DNA of 64,000 nt from Candidatus Hydrogenedentota bacterium (GCA_012730045.1 JAAYBR010000100.1:34100-98099), one strand, 5' to 3'. Shown: positions 10,315-20,460, counted from the stretch's first letter. Numbers and translations are program-made. The notes: generated by a model from the letters alone, not told the origin.

Positions 10315-11532
10315 CTAGTTTCCGAAGCGGTCGGAGGATTCGACGATGACGACGCCGCTGGGGGTGACGCGGAAACGGGCGGCGTCGCGGGCGAGGTCGT
10401 AGCCGATGAGGGTGTTCTCGGGAATGTGGACCTCCTTCTCCACAATGACGCGGCGGAGGCGGCAGTGCCTGCCGACGACGCACCGGTCCATGAGGATGGA
10501 CTCCTGCACGTGGGCGTAGGAGTTGACGCGGACGCCAGACGAGAGCACGCAGCGGTCCACCAGCCCGCCGCTGATGATGCAGCCCGGGCTGACGATGGAG
10601 TCCACGGCCACGCCGAAGCGGTTGCCCATCTCGGCGAAGACGAACTTGGCGGGCGGCAGCATGGGCATGTCGGTGCGCATGGGCCAGTCGCGGTCGTAGA
10701 GGTTGAACAGGGGGTCCACGGCGACCAGGTCCATGTTGGCCTCCCAGTAACTGTCCAGGGTGCCGACATCGCGCCAGTACTTGGCGTGCTTCCGGTTCTC
10801 GTCCTCGAACCGGAACGTGAAGACCTTGTGCGTTTTCAGCATCCGGGGGATGATGTCGCGGCCGAAGTCGTGGTGCGAGTCCGTCCGCTCCGCGTCCTCG
10901 CTGACGACACGCTGGAGCGCCCCGGCGTCGAAGAGATAGACCCCCATCGAGGCGAGGGCGGTTCCCGGGGATTCCGGCAGCGGCTTTGGCCGGTCCGGCT
11001 TCTCCTCGAAGCCAGTGGCCTGGCCGGCCGCGTTCACCTCAAACACCCCGAAGCGCCGCGCCTCCTCCAGGGGCACCTCGATGGCGGCGACCGTGAGGTC
11101 CGCCCCGGCCTCCCGGTGCCGCTGGGCCATCTTCTGGTAGTTCATCTTGTAGATGTGGTCTCCCGACAGGAGGAGCACCTCGCCCGGGTCGTGCTGGTTG
11201 ATGGAGTAGAAGTTCTGGTAGATCGCGTCCGCCGTGCCGAGGTACCAGTTGCTGTTGATGCGCATCTGCGGCGGGATGATCTCGATGAACTCCCCCAGCT
11301 CCGGGTGCAGGAAGTTCCAGCCCCGGTTAATGTGGCGGGCCAGTGAGTTCGACTTGTACTGCGTCAGCACGAGAATCTTCCGGCAGCCCGAGTTGACGCA
11401 GTTGGACAGCGTGAAGTCTATGATGCGGTAAATGCCCCCGAAGGGCACGGCGGGCTTTGCGCGGTCGCGCGTGAGCGGGTAGAGCCGTTCCCCGGCCCCC
11501 CCGGCCAGCAGGATCGTCAGCGTTTGCTGCAT
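10315..11532 (-). CDS. glgC: glucose-1-phosphate adenylyltransferase
   Basis: ILLAGGAGERLYPLTRDRAKPAVPFGG.YRIIDF, WYLGTADAI, LSGDHIYKMNY, HDFGRDIIP, YWRDVGT. Start at 11532 after GAGGAG. Confidence 0.96.
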   Translation of the reverse strand: MQQTLTILLAGGAGERLYPLTRDRAKPAVPFGGIYRIIDFTLSNCVNSGCRKILVLTQYKSNSLARHINRGWNFLHPELGEFIEIIPPQMRINSNWYLGTADAIYQNFYSINQHDPGEVLLLSGDHIYKMNYQKMAQRHREAGADLTVAAIEVPLEEARRFGVFEVNAAGQATGFEEKPDRPKPLPESPGTALASMGVYLFDAGALQRVVSEDAERTDSHHDFGRDIIPRMLKTHKVFTFRFEDENRKHAKYWRDVGTLDSYWEANMDLVAVDPLFNLYDRDWPMRTDMPMLPPAKFVFAEMGNRFGVAVDSIVSPGCIISGGLVDRCVLSSGVRVNSYAHVQESILMDRCVVGRHCRLRRVIVEKEVHIPENTLIGYDLARDAARFRVTPSGVVIVESSDRFGN

Positions 11533-11758
11533 GGGGCGTCCTCCTCGGTCCGCACGGGCGGACGGTTTCGCGGCACATGCGAAAGCGCCACCCCTAATCA
11601 TGCCACATTCGCGCGGGAAAGGAAAGCGCGTTCACGGTCCAGGGGTCCGGGGGCGGGCCGTCGTTGTCCCTGCTTTGGACCCGGGCGGTTGCATTGGGGG
11701 CGTTGCGCGGGTATTCTTTTGGCGGTTCGGAAACATTCCCCCCTTTTTGGAGTCCGTT

Positions 11759-13150
11759 GTGAAAGAAACACGCCTTCCGCGCTTCGCGGACAAGACTGTG
11801 GCCGCGGAACTGGTTTCCGCGCTGGCCGGTGAGTATGCCGTGGTGGAAAACCCACCGTACATCCACCCCCCCTACGAGCTGTACCCGTTGTCGCGGGGTG
11901 TTTCCCGTCTGGAGCGGGGGCTGGCGGCGGCCGTGATGGACATGGACGGCACCACGACGACCACGGAGCCGGTGTGCATCCACGCGCTGGACACGATGAC
12001 GCGCCGGGCCTCGGGGCGCGCCGACGACCCGTCCTGGCCGGGTCTTGACCATGCGCGGGACTATCCGCACATCATCGGCAACAGCACGACGAAGCATGTC
12101 GAGTATCTCGTGCGGGCCTATGGGGACGGATTTCAGGCGGACGCCCTGCGCCGGCATTACATCGCCGGGGCGGCGTGGACCCTGGGACATGGGAAGGACG
12201 AGCTGCGCCGTCGCGAGGTGCGGTCCACCCTGGCCTCGACGGGGCTGGCGGGGCTGCTCTCCGACGCCCGGTTTCAGGCGCTCTGCGGTGCGGAGTCCCT
12301 TGAGGCTCCGGAGACGGCGGCCCTGCTGGACACGCTGGCGGCGGAGACGGCGGGGGCCTTCTCCTGCGCCGGTGTCCCGGCGCGCACCCGCGCGTGCATT
12401 GACATTTATTACCACCGGTACCACGAGGTGCTGGAGGCTGTGGGGCGCGGCGAGGGGGATGCGGCGGCCCGGGAGATTCTGGGGGCGGGCTCCTCGCGCC
12501 TGGTGGGGCCCATGCCCGGTGTGGGCGTGTTTCTGGCGCTGCTCCGGGGCCTGCTCGGGGACCATGCGGGGGCGTTTGCAGGCATGCTCTGTGCCCAGAT
12601 TGAGCGGGCCGGCATGGCCCCGCCCTCCACTGCGGCGGCGGAGGCTCTGCTGGCGGGGCTGGGCCGGCGCTTCGCGGCGCAGCCCGCGAAGCTGGCCCTG
12701 GTGACCTCCTCCATCGCCTACGAGGCGCACCTGGTGCTGGGCGAAATCTTTCGCGTCCTGCGCTCGGAGATCCCGGCGTGGCCCGTGCCGCAGGGACTCC
12801 GGGAGACCCTCCTGGGCGCCTTCGCCGACCCGCTGGTGTTCTATGACGCGGTCATCACGGCCACCGATTCCAGCGAAATCCGGCTGAAACCCCACCGTGA
12901 CCTCTACTCCATCGCCCTGCACGAGCTGGGCGTTTACCCGGAGGACTTCGACCGCGTGGCGGGGTTTGAGGACAGCGAGTCCGGCACCATCGCCATCCGC
13001 GCGGCGGGCATCGGGCTCTCCTGCGCGCTGCCCTTCGCGATGACGAGGGGCCACCATTTCCAGGCGGCCACCCAGGTGTGCCCCGGCGGCCTGCCCCAGG
13101 TGATGCTGGAAAAAGGGCTGTTTCTCAACGGGGAAGGAACCGGACCATGA
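11759..13150 (+). CDS. oversized HAD-superfamily phosphatase/phosphomutase
   Basis: Motif I DMDGT, motif II TSS, motif III KPHRDLY, motif IV GFEDSESG. GTG start inferred after GGAG. Confidence 0.78.
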   Translation: MKETRLPRFADKTVAAELVSALAGEYAVVENPPYIHPPYELYPLSRGVSRLERGLAAAVMDMDGTTTTTEPVCIHALDTMTRRASGRADDPSWPGLDHARDYPHIIGNSTTKHVEYLVRAYGDGFQADALRRHYIAGAAWTLGHGKDELRRREVRSTLASTGLAGLLSDARFQALCGAESLEAPETAALLDTLAAETAGAFSCAGVPARTRACIDIYYHRYHEVLEAVGRGEGDAAAREILGAGSSRLVGPMPGVGVFLALLRGLLGDHAGAFAGMLCAQIERAGMAPPSTAAAEALLAGLGRRFAAQPAKLALVTSSIAYEAHLVLGEIFRVLRSEIPAWPVPQGLRETLLGAFADPLVFYDAVITATDSSEIRLKPHRDLYSIALHELGVYPEDFDRVAGFEDSESGTIAIRAAGIGLSCALPFAMTRGHHFQAATQVCPGGLPQVMLEKGLFLNGEGTGP

Positions 13151-14340
13151 CAGACAACGCCGCAGTGTTTCAGACCATGGCGGCGGGGATGGCCGCGCGC
13201 ATCCGGAAAATCTGCGAGGAGTTCGGGCCGAGGCCTCCGGGAAGCCCCGGCGAGGCCCGGTGCCAGGAGTACCTGGCCGGGGAGCTGCGCGCCGCGGGGC
13301 TTGACCCGGTGCTGGAGACCTTTCCCGTGGCGCAGAAGGCCTTCATGGCCGTTCCCATGCTGTCCAGCCTCCTCACGGTGGCCTCCCTGCCGTTCTACTG
13401 GCTCGCGCCGTGGGCGGGGGTTCTCCTCAGCGCCGCCGCCCTGGCGTTGTTCGTGCTGGAGGTCGGCCTGTACCGCCATGTGCTTACGCCGTTTTTCCCG
13501 AAATCCGTGTCCACCAACGTGCACGCCCTGGTGTCGCCGTCCGGGCCGGTGCGCCGGCGCATCATTCTCTGCGGCCACGCCGACGCCGCCTACGAGTGGC
13601 GGTTCCAGCACGACAGCAACCGCCTGTTTCCCCTGATCGTCCCCATGATCATCATTGGCGTGCTGGCGGTCGCGGCGCTGCACCTGCTCAACGCGCTGTT
13701 CCTTGGCGGCGCGGCCTGGGCGGGCATGGCCCAGCTGGCCGCCGGATTGCTGGCGTTGCCGGGGGTGTTCTTCACGCGGTTCAGCGTGGTGGCGCCCGGG
13801 GCGGCGGACAACCTCAGCGGCGCCCTGCTCACTGTGGCGCTGGCCGAACACTATTCCCGTCCGGAGAACCGTCTGGCGGACACGGAAATCGTGGCGCTGG
13901 TCACGGGGTCGGAGGAGGCGGGGCTGTGCGGCGCGGCGGCCTTCGCGGCGCGCCACAAGGCGGAGTGGGGGGATGTGGAGACAGTGGCGCTGGCCTTGGA
14001 CACCTTCAACGACAAGGACTGGTTTCGGGTCTATCACCGCGACATGAACGGCGTTGTGCGCAACGACCCGGCATTCTGCCGGTTCCTCCAGGAGACCGGC
14101 CAGACCCTCGGGCTGAGCCTGCCCCTGGCCGTGGTGACTGTGGGGTCGAGCGACGCCGCCGCTTTCAGCCGGGCGGGCATTCCCGCCGCCCTGCTGGCGG
14201 CCATGGACCCCCGCCCGGCCCACTACTACCACAATCGGCGGGACACCTGGGAGAACCTGGATGCGTCCTGTCTGGAGCTGGGCTGCCGGATGGCGGCGGC
14301 CTCCGTGGACCGGTTTGGGGCGGGACACCTGGCCCGCTGA
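13147..14340 (+). CDS. membrane-embedded M28 family metallopeptidase
   Basis: GHADAA, GAADNLSG, GSEEAG and YYHNRRD zinc-ligand motifs, plus internal TM helices. ATGA overlap with the HAD gene. Confidence 0.88.
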   Translation: MTDNAAVFQTMAAGMAARIRKICEEFGPRPPGSPGEARCQEYLAGELRAAGLDPVLETFPVAQKAFMAVPMLSSLLTVASLPFYWLAPWAGVLLSAAALALFVLEVGLYRHVLTPFFPKSVSTNVHALVSPSGPVRRRIILCGHADAAYEWRFQHDSNRLFPLIVPMIIIGVLAVAALHLLNALFLGGAAWAGMAQLAAGLLALPGVFFTRFSVVAPGAADNLSGALLTVALAEHYSRPENRLADTEIVALVTGSEEAGLCGAAAFAARHKAEWGDVETVALALDTFNDKDWFRVYHRDMNGVVRNDPAFCRFLQETGQTLGLSLPLAVVTVGSSDAAAFSRAGIPAALLAAMDPRPAHYYHNRRDTWENLDASCLELGCRMAAASVDRFGAGHLAR

Positions 14341-14602
14341 GGGCGGTTTATCGGGAGGGGGCCGGAATGAACCCGTTCGGGGGGAGTGTTCCCCCAGAGA
14401 CTGGGGCAGGCGCCGGGTTCAAATTTGTCATTATTATTGAATTGCGTGAAGCGGGCCCGATTTTGTACACTAAGAACGGTCTTCGGGCTGAAGGCCGTGA
14501 CAGGGGCTGACGGCACGCGCATGGTGCGCCGGACATCGGTGTTTCCGCCGGGGCCGGTCTTGGGCTGACAGGAAGCAGGCACTGCAACGAAAGGAGCGAG
14601 AC

Positions 14603-15868
14603 ATGGACAACGCGAAACTGATTCTCGGCGGCAAGGAATACGAGTTTCCAACCTTTGTGGGCACCGAGAACGAGTTGGCGGTGGACATCAAGAAGCTCCG
14701 CGATATGACAGGGGCGATCACCTACGACCCCGGTTACGGGAACACGGGCGCCTGCAAGAGCGCGATCACCTACATTGACGGGGAGGCGGGCATCCTGCGC
14801 TACCGGGGGTACCCCATCGAGCAGCTTGCCGGGAGCATCCGCTATTCGGCGGCGGCGTATCTGATGGTTTTCGGCCGGATTCCCACGGACGAGGAGTTTC
14901 TGGAGTGGCGGCGCGCGCTGACCATGAACAGTTTCGTCCATTCGAGCCAGGTGAGCTTTCTGGACCACTATCCGACCTCGGCCCACCCGATGAACATCCT
15001 GGGATCCATGGTGTCGTCCATGTCCTCCTTCTACCCCTACGACGCGGAGGACGACGCCCACCTCCAGTTGAACATTCAGCGGCTGATCGGCCAGGTGAAG
15101 ACGATCGCGGCCTACTCGTACCGGAAGTCGGTGGGGCTGCCCTACACTTACCCGAAGGCGGACCACAGCTACGCGGCGAACTTTCTGCGGATGATGTTCT
15201 CGTCCCCCGCGGAGGAGTACGTGGTGCCGAAGGTGATGGAGGACGCGCTGGACATGCTGCTGATCCTCCACATGGACCACGAGCAGAACTGCAGCACGTC
15301 CACGGTGCGCATGGTGTGCAGCTCGGGCGCGAACATCTACGCGGCGGTGTCGGCGGGCATCAACGCGCTGTGGGGCAAGCTGCACGGCGGGGCGAACGAG
15401 GCCGTGCTGAACATGCTCATGCGGATCCACCAGGACGGCGGCAATGTGGACAAATACGTCGCGATGGCCAAGGACAAATCGAGCGATTTCCGGCTGATGG
15501 GCTTCGGCCACCGGGTGTACAAGAACTTCGACCCGCGCGCCACGCTGCTCAAGGGGGCGGTGGACCGCATTTTGGAGGAGATGGGCATCCACGACCCGCT
15601 GCTGGACATCGCGAAGCAGCTGGAGGAGGTCGCCCTCAAGGATGACTTCTTCATCGCGCGCAAGCTGTACCCGAACATTGACTTCTACAGCGGGATCATC
15701 TACCGGGCCATGGGCATCCCCACGGAGATGTTCACGGTGCTGTTCGCCATCGGCCGCATGCCCGGCTGGATCGCCCACTTCCTTGAGATGCGGCAGGATC
15801 CGGACCTGCGCATCCAGCGGCCCCGCCAGATATACACCGGCGAGACCCTGAGGGAATACAACGGCTGA
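14603..15868 (+). CDS. gltA: citrate synthase
   Basis: TYDPGYGNTGAC, GILRYRGYPIEQL, DHEQNCST, LHGGANEAV, GFGHRVYKNFDPRA, YPNIDFYSG. Confidence 0.97.
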   Translation: MDNAKLILGGKEYEFPTFVGTENELAVDIKKLRDMTGAITYDPGYGNTGACKSAITYIDGEAGILRYRGYPIEQLAGSIRYSAAAYLMVFGRIPTDEEFLEWRRALTMNSFVHSSQVSFLDHYPTSAHPMNILGSMVSSMSSFYPYDAEDDAHLQLNIQRLIGQVKTIAAYSYRKSVGLPYTYPKADHSYAANFLRMMFSSPAEEYVVPKVMEDALDMLLILHMDHEQNCSTSTVRMVCSSGANIYAAVSAGINALWGKLHGGANEAVLNMLMRIHQDGGNVDKYVAMAKDKSSDFRLMGFGHRVYKNFDPRATLLKGAVDRILEEMGIHDPLLDIAKQLEEVALKDDFFIARKLYPNIDFYSGIIYRAMGIPTEMFTVLFAIGRMPGWIAHFLEMRQDPDLRIQRPRQIYTGETLREYNG

Positions 15869-15888
15869 ACGCCCCCCGATGAAGAACG

Positions 15889-15924
15889 CGGCCGCCCGGG
15901 TGATTGCCCGGGCGGCCGTTTTTC
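15889..15924 (+). terminator. intrinsic terminator after gltA
   Basis: cggccgcccggg-tgattg-cccgggcggccg is a perfect 12-bp stem followed by TTTTTC. Confidence 0.85.
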
Positions 15925-15941
15925 GTCCGTCTGCAACGGGG

Positions 15942-17747
15942 TCAGAGTCCCGTATCTCCCTCCACGAGCGCCTGCGTGGCAATGGCGGCCGCGGCCTCCG
16001 GGGAGGCGTCGGCAAAGCTGGCGTCCATCATCGAGACGAGCTCGAGGAAGGAGGTGAGGCTCTGGGCGAGGGCGCTGTAGGCGACCTCCAGCATCTGCAT
16101 GCCGTCGGGGGTGGCAAGCACCTCCGTCACCCGCACCAGCGCGTCCAAAGCGGTCATCTGGAGGTCCATGCCCGCGAGCTGCTCGTTGGCGAACTCCGCC
16201 CCCTCCGCCACCTGCTCGCCCAGACGCTGCACCCCCCGGTAGAGACCGGCGGCGGTTTCAAAGTCCTTCGCCTCTTCATGGGCGGCGCCCTGGGCCATCA
16301 GGTCGTCGCCGAGGGTGGTCAGCTCCGCGTACTGGCTGCGCCCCGCCTGCGCGTAGGCGAGGAAGCGGGCCAGGTCCTCCTCCGCGCCCGCGGCGGCGAG
16401 GGCTGCGCCCCGGTTCTGGGCGTCGGCGAGGCCGAATGCGTCGGCGGACTCCATGGACATGCCCTGCGCCAGCGAGGCGAGGGCGCCGTCCACGTCCCCG
16501 GACTCCAGGCGCATCTGCGCCTCCATGTAGCGGCCCAGGCCGTTCTCCGGGGAAAGGGAGTTCAGCGCGGCGATTTGCTCCAGAGCCTCGCCCCGCGTCT
16601 CCGGATTGGCGGCAAGGGTGCGGGCGAGCAGATACCGGACCTGGGGGTCTTCGGGGTTTGCGGCCGCCGCCTCGCGGAGCCGGGAAGCAGCCTCGTCGGA
16701 TGGCAGAAACTGCAGCGCGCCGAGATAGGCGGACAGGGAGAGGTCTTCGCGCTCCAGCAGGCGGCGGGCCTCGTCCCCCGTCAGGCTTCCCATGGCGTTC
16801 AGCCGGGCGCGGGCCTCGGGATCCCGGGCGCGGTCCTGCTGGAAGGCCGCCAGGGCGTCCTCCATGTTGAGCGCGGCGAGGCGGTCCGTGCCCGTCTCCA
16901 GGACGATGGGCGCCGGGGCGGCGATGGGCCGCGCCAGGCCGGAATACTCCCCGAAGCGGGGGTCCTTTTTGACCCGTTCGCCGCGGACGGGGACGGGGGC
17001 GGCGGGCACTGCGGGGTCGGGCCGGGCGGCTACCTGCGTGGTCTGCGGCGCAGCGGCATCACGCATGAACCAAAAGGCGGACACGGTCAGGCCGAACATG
17101 ACCAGCAGCATGGCCGCGAGCCGGGTGACTACCTGCCACGCGGCGGGTCCCTGCCGGCGGGGGAGGGGGGCGGCGGGGCGGTGTTCGCCGGGGAAGGGGA
17201 CAACCCGGTCCCGGGCCGGGGGGGCGGCCTCGGCGGGGCTGTCTTTGCGCATCCGCCGGACGGCATCCAGCACGCCCGGCTGAACATCCACAGACGGCGC
17301 ATGGGACCGCAGCGCGGCTCCCAGGCCGGCAATTTCCTCCTCCAGGAGGGCGTCGGGTGCGGGGGCGGTGTCTCCGGCGCGCAAGGCCGCCACGGCAGCC
17401 ATCACGCCGGGCAGCACGTCCACTATGGGCAGTCTTTCGGCCGTTTCCGCGCCGAGGGCCTCCAGTTCCGTCTCCAGGGGGGATCCGGTGCCCGTCAGAA
17501 GCCCGGACAGGGGCGTGCGCACGGCTTCCAGCACCGACGGCGTCAGGTCTGCGGGGGAGGCCAGGGTCCGCCAGTCCCGCCCGGCGTCCTCCAGACGGGC
17601 CGCCAGACGGCCCAGGGCGTCCCGCTCCGCAGCGAGCCCGGCGTCCGCCGCGAGGGCGTTGTCCACGCGCCGCAGCGTTTCCGGGGCGGCGTCGCCGTCC
17701 AGGTGGGCCATCAGGTCGGCCGGGGTGATTTCAGGGTCATAAGGCAT
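15942..17747 (-). CDS. putative anti-sigma factor (cytoplasmic anti-sigma-like domain, one TM, TPR-like extracytoplasmic domain)
   Basis: Abuts the ECF sigma stop with no gap. N-terminal LMAHLDG...L helix pattern, TM LAAMLLVMFGLTVSAFWFM, and C-terminal helical repeats. Confidence 0.65.
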   Translation of the reverse strand: MPYDPEITPADLMAHLDGDAAPETLRRVDNALAADAGLAAERDALGRLAARLEDAGRDWRTLASPADLTPSVLEAVRTPLSGLLTGTGSPLETELEALGAETAERLPIVDVLPGVMAAVAALRAGDTAPAPDALLEEEIAGLGAALRSHAPSVDVQPGVLDAVRRMRKDSPAEAAPPARDRVVPFPGEHRPAAPLPRRQGPAAWQVVTRLAAMLLVMFGLTVSAFWFMRDAAAPQTTQVAARPDPAVPAAPVPVRGERVKKDPRFGEYSGLARPIAAPAPIVLETGTDRLAALNMEDALAAFQQDRARDPEARARLNAMGSLTGDEARRLLEREDLSLSAYLGALQFLPSDEAASRLREAAAANPEDPQVRYLLARTLAANPETRGEALEQIAALNSLSPENGLGRYMEAQMRLESGDVDGALASLAQGMSMESADAFGLADAQNRGAALAAAGAEEDLARFLAYAQAGRSQYAELTTLGDDLMAQGAAHEEAKDFETAAGLYRGVQRLGEQVAEGAEFANEQLAGMDLQMTALDALVRVTEVLATPDGMQMLEVAYSALAQSLTSFLELVSMMDASFADASPEAAAAIATQALVEGDTGL

Positions 17748-18338
17748 CTAAAAGGACTCTTTCCTCGTCTCGCACACGGCGCGGAGCTGGTTCATGGCCC
17801 GGTGCAGCCTAGTCCGCACCGCGCCCTCCGTGCTGTCCACCACCTCGGCGATGTCCCGTGCGGACATCTGCTCGAAATAGCGCATCATGAGCAGTTCGCG
17901 CGCGTCTTCATTCAACTCGTTGAGCGCGGCCATCAGGGCGGCGTGGCGCTCATTGGTCTCCAGCACGCCCGAGGGACCGTCCACGGCGAAGCGGTCCAGG
18001 CCGCCCGCCTCGTCCCGCGATGAGCTGGCATAGGATTCCAGGCTTTCCATGCGCACCGTCTTGCGCCGCTGCAGCTCATTGAGGCAGAGGTTGCGGGCGA
18101 TGCACATGGCCCAGGGCTTAAACTTTCGCTCGCTGTCGAAGCGTTCCCGCGCCACGTAGAGGCGGATGAACGTTTCCTGCGTCTTGTCCAGTGCGGCATC
18201 CGCGTTGCGCAGGTAAAACGCGCAAAAGCGGAAGATGTCGTTCTGGTGGCGGCGCACCAGCTCGCCCAGGGCGGGGTCATGGTCCCCCCGCACCAGGGTC
18301 ATGAGCTCTTCATCTGTCTTTGCGGCCAGTTCCGACAT
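17748..18338 (-). CDS. ECF RNA polymerase sigma-70 factor
   Basis: Region 2 (LVRRHQNDIF...DKTQETF...FKPWAMCIARNLC) and region 4 (MSARDIAEVVDSTEGAVRTRLHRA). Start at ATG 18338 after GGAG. Confidence 0.92.
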   Translation of the reverse strand: MSELAAKTDEELMTLVRGDHDPALGELVRRHQNDIFRFCAFYLRNADAALDKTQETFIRLYVARERFDSERKFKPWAMCIARNLCLNELQRRKTVRMESLESYASSSRDEAGGLDRFAVDGPSGVLETNERHAALMAALNELNEDARELLMMRYFEQMSARDIAEVVDSTEGAVRTRLHRAMNQLRAVCETRKESF

Positions 18339-18516
18339 GCGTTTCTCCGCGCAGGGCGACGGCGCGCTCTTCGCCCGGGACGCTTCTTTGCGCCCCGACT
18401 GACGAACACAATACCGCCGACCCCGCAAGATGTTACAGGCGCGCCGTTTGCGCGCCCGTATTCCCGCATTCTATGCAAAACCGTGGGGCCGGGGACAGTT
18501 TTCCCCGGCGGGGCGC

Positions 18517-19347
18517 CTACCGGCGGGTCCGGTCCGCCAGGAGCCGCTTCAGGTTTTTCGGCTCTTCCAGCCAGGCGGCCGCCCGCGTGTAGTCCGGGTG
18601 CGCCCGCTCCAGGCGGCGAAACTCCGGGGGATGCACCCGGCGGCGTCCTGTGGGGCCCTCCCCAATGCCGAGGAAGGCGTGCAGCATCTCATGGTGGACC
18701 ACTGACCGCACCACCCACTCGGGGACATAGGCGTTGTCGAGCACGGCATGGATGCGGATGAGGTTCCGCGCGCCGTCGTGGGATCCGAAACGGATGGTGC
18801 GGCTGCGCACGCGCCGCCGCACCGCCACCGCGGACATCCCCCAGCCGATGCGCGCGGTGATCCTGCCGTCAAACCACCGGGCGTTCTCCTCGTCGAAGAG
18901 CCGCCGGAGGTCGTGGTGCAGCCCCAGGGCTTCCAGTGTCAGGGGCGTTTTTCGGGGGGGCCGGATCAGCGCCCCTTTTTCCGCGAAGAAGGCCCTGAAC
19001 AGGGGGTCATTTCTGCCGGAACGGGGATGCTTGATCCAGTGGGCGACGGCCTTGAGCAGGTCTTCCGGGGCGTCCAGAAACATGTGGTGCAGCCGGACCT
19101 TGGCTTCGCCCGGCTGCGGCGTGTGCCGCACGACCATCAGGCTGCGGCGGTTGTCCGTGACAGTGAGGTCGAGGACCATGCCCGTGAGCGCCTTGAGACG
19201 GGCATGGAGACGCAGGAGTTTCTCGCGGCGCCCATCCGGCGGCGGCGGGGCGTCGGGGGGCTGCGTTCGGGGGGCAGGGCAGGGCGGAGGGGGGGGCGGT
19301 TTCGGGTCCCGGGGAAAGAGTTCCAGTTGTTCGGGGTGTTCATTCAC
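18517..19347 (-). CDS. SprT-like/M48-like zinc metalloprotease
   Basis: HEMLH zincin motif, LFDEENARWF..., H..EFRRLE. Confidence 0.75.
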   Translation of the reverse strand: MNEHPEQLELFPRDPKPPPPPPCPAPRTQPPDAPPPPDGRREKLLRLHARLKALTGMVLDLTVTDNRRSLMVVRHTPQPGEAKVRLHHMFLDAPEDLLKAVAHWIKHPRSGRNDPLFRAFFAEKGALIRPPRKTPLTLEALGLHHDLRRLFDEENARWFDGRITARIGWGMSAVAVRRRVRSRTIRFGSHDGARNLIRIHAVLDNAYVPEWVVRSVVHHEMLHAFLGIGEGPTGRRRVHPPEFRRLERAHPDYTRAAAWLEEPKNLKRLLADRTRR

Positions 19348-19422
19348 GGCGGCACACTTCTTCTGGTTGCCCGGACAGCACGCTCCTGACCATCCTGCAT
19401 GGGACAGAAAGCGGAGACGCGG

Positions 19423-20460
19423 TCACGGGCGGAGCGTGAACACCACCTCCGCGAACACCGCCGGGTGGTCGGACGCCCGCAGCTGCTCCGGTCCGTAGCC
19501 GCGGCGGTCCACAATCCACCGGGTCACCTTCTTGTCCCAGTCTCCGCCGAGGAGGATGTGGTCAATGATGTGGTCCAGGTTCTCCAGCGGGGTGCCCGTC
19601 TGGGCGGGGGTCATGCCCTCGGCCGGCGGGAGTTCCTCCCTCACCGGGGCGAGGTCGGCGGCGTTCACGAACTCGGCCGTCGTGTCGCCGCCCGTCAGCA
19701 GGTTGCGGTAGCGGTCCGTCTCGTGGGAGGTGTTGAAATCCCCCGTGAAAATGACCGGAAGGCGCGCGGCGTGGAGACCGAAGGTCTTGTTGGCCAGCAG
19801 CGCGGCCGCCTCCTTGTTGGGCGGGTTGTTGTCAAAATGCGTGTTGAGAAACAGGAACTCGAAGCCGTCGGCCTTCTGGCGCAGGTGGGCCCAGCTGACA
19901 TACCGGGGCATGGCGAGGGTCTGCCACCCAAACGCGAAGGGCAGGGAGGGGTCCGGGGCGAGCCAGAACTGCCCCGAGTCCACGAGATCGAAGCGCTCGC
20001 GGTTGTAGAGCAGTACCGCGTCCGCGTAAGCCCAGGGACCGAAACTGTGGGTGACGGGGGCGTATTTCTCCGGTGCGATGTTCAGCTCGAGGATGTCCTT
20101 CCAGCCGCCGACCTCCTGGTGGCCGATGAGGTCGGGGGCGTAGTCCACGATCAGGGCGCGCAGGTGGGGCAGCCGCCCGTACCAGTCCTCGTGCCCGGGC
20201 TTGTTGTCGCCGCTCGTGCAGACGCGGCACAGGATGTTGTAGGTGAGGACCCTGATGGGGCCGCTGCCGCAGGGGGAGGCGCCGCCGCAGTTTTGCTCGG
20301 GCAGGATGCGGGAGGAGTCGAAGTGGGGGTTGCTCCAGGACCAGGTGGCGAAGGCCAGGGTGTATTGGATCCCCTGAACCCACACGAACCCGGTGAAGGC
20401 CGCCAGAACGACCAGCACCAGCCCGAGCGTCTTCAGGAAGACCATGAGGTACCTTTTCAT
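19423..20460 (-). CDS. membrane-anchored endonuclease/exonuclease/phosphatase family protein
   Basis: TYNIL, GHQEV, NTHFD, GDFN, IDHI and SDH catalytic motifs; N-terminal TM segment. Confidence 0.9.
   Translation of the reverse strand: MKRYLMVFLKTLGLVLVVLAAFTGFVWVQGIQYTLAFATWSWSNPHFDSSRILPEQNCGGASPCGSGPIRVLTYNILCRVCTSGDNKPGHEDWYGRLPHLRALIVDYAPDLIGHQEVGGWKDILELNIAPEKYAPVTHSFGPWAYADAVLLYNRERFDLVDSGQFWLAPDPSLPFAFGWQTLAMPRYVSWAHLRQKADGFEFLFLNTHFDNNPPNKEAAALLANKTFGLHAARLPVIFTGDFNTSHETDRYRNLLTGGDTTAEFVNAADLAPVREELPPAEGMTPAQTGTPLENLDHIIDHILLGGDWDKKVTRWIVDRRGYGPEQLRASDHPAVFAEVVFTLRP

Noticed and set aside
7571-10483. 970-aa minus-strand ORF
   Set aside because: Antisense shadow of the TPR and sulfatase genes; Arg/Gly/Pro-rich, no motifs. 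Typical of high-GC DNA.
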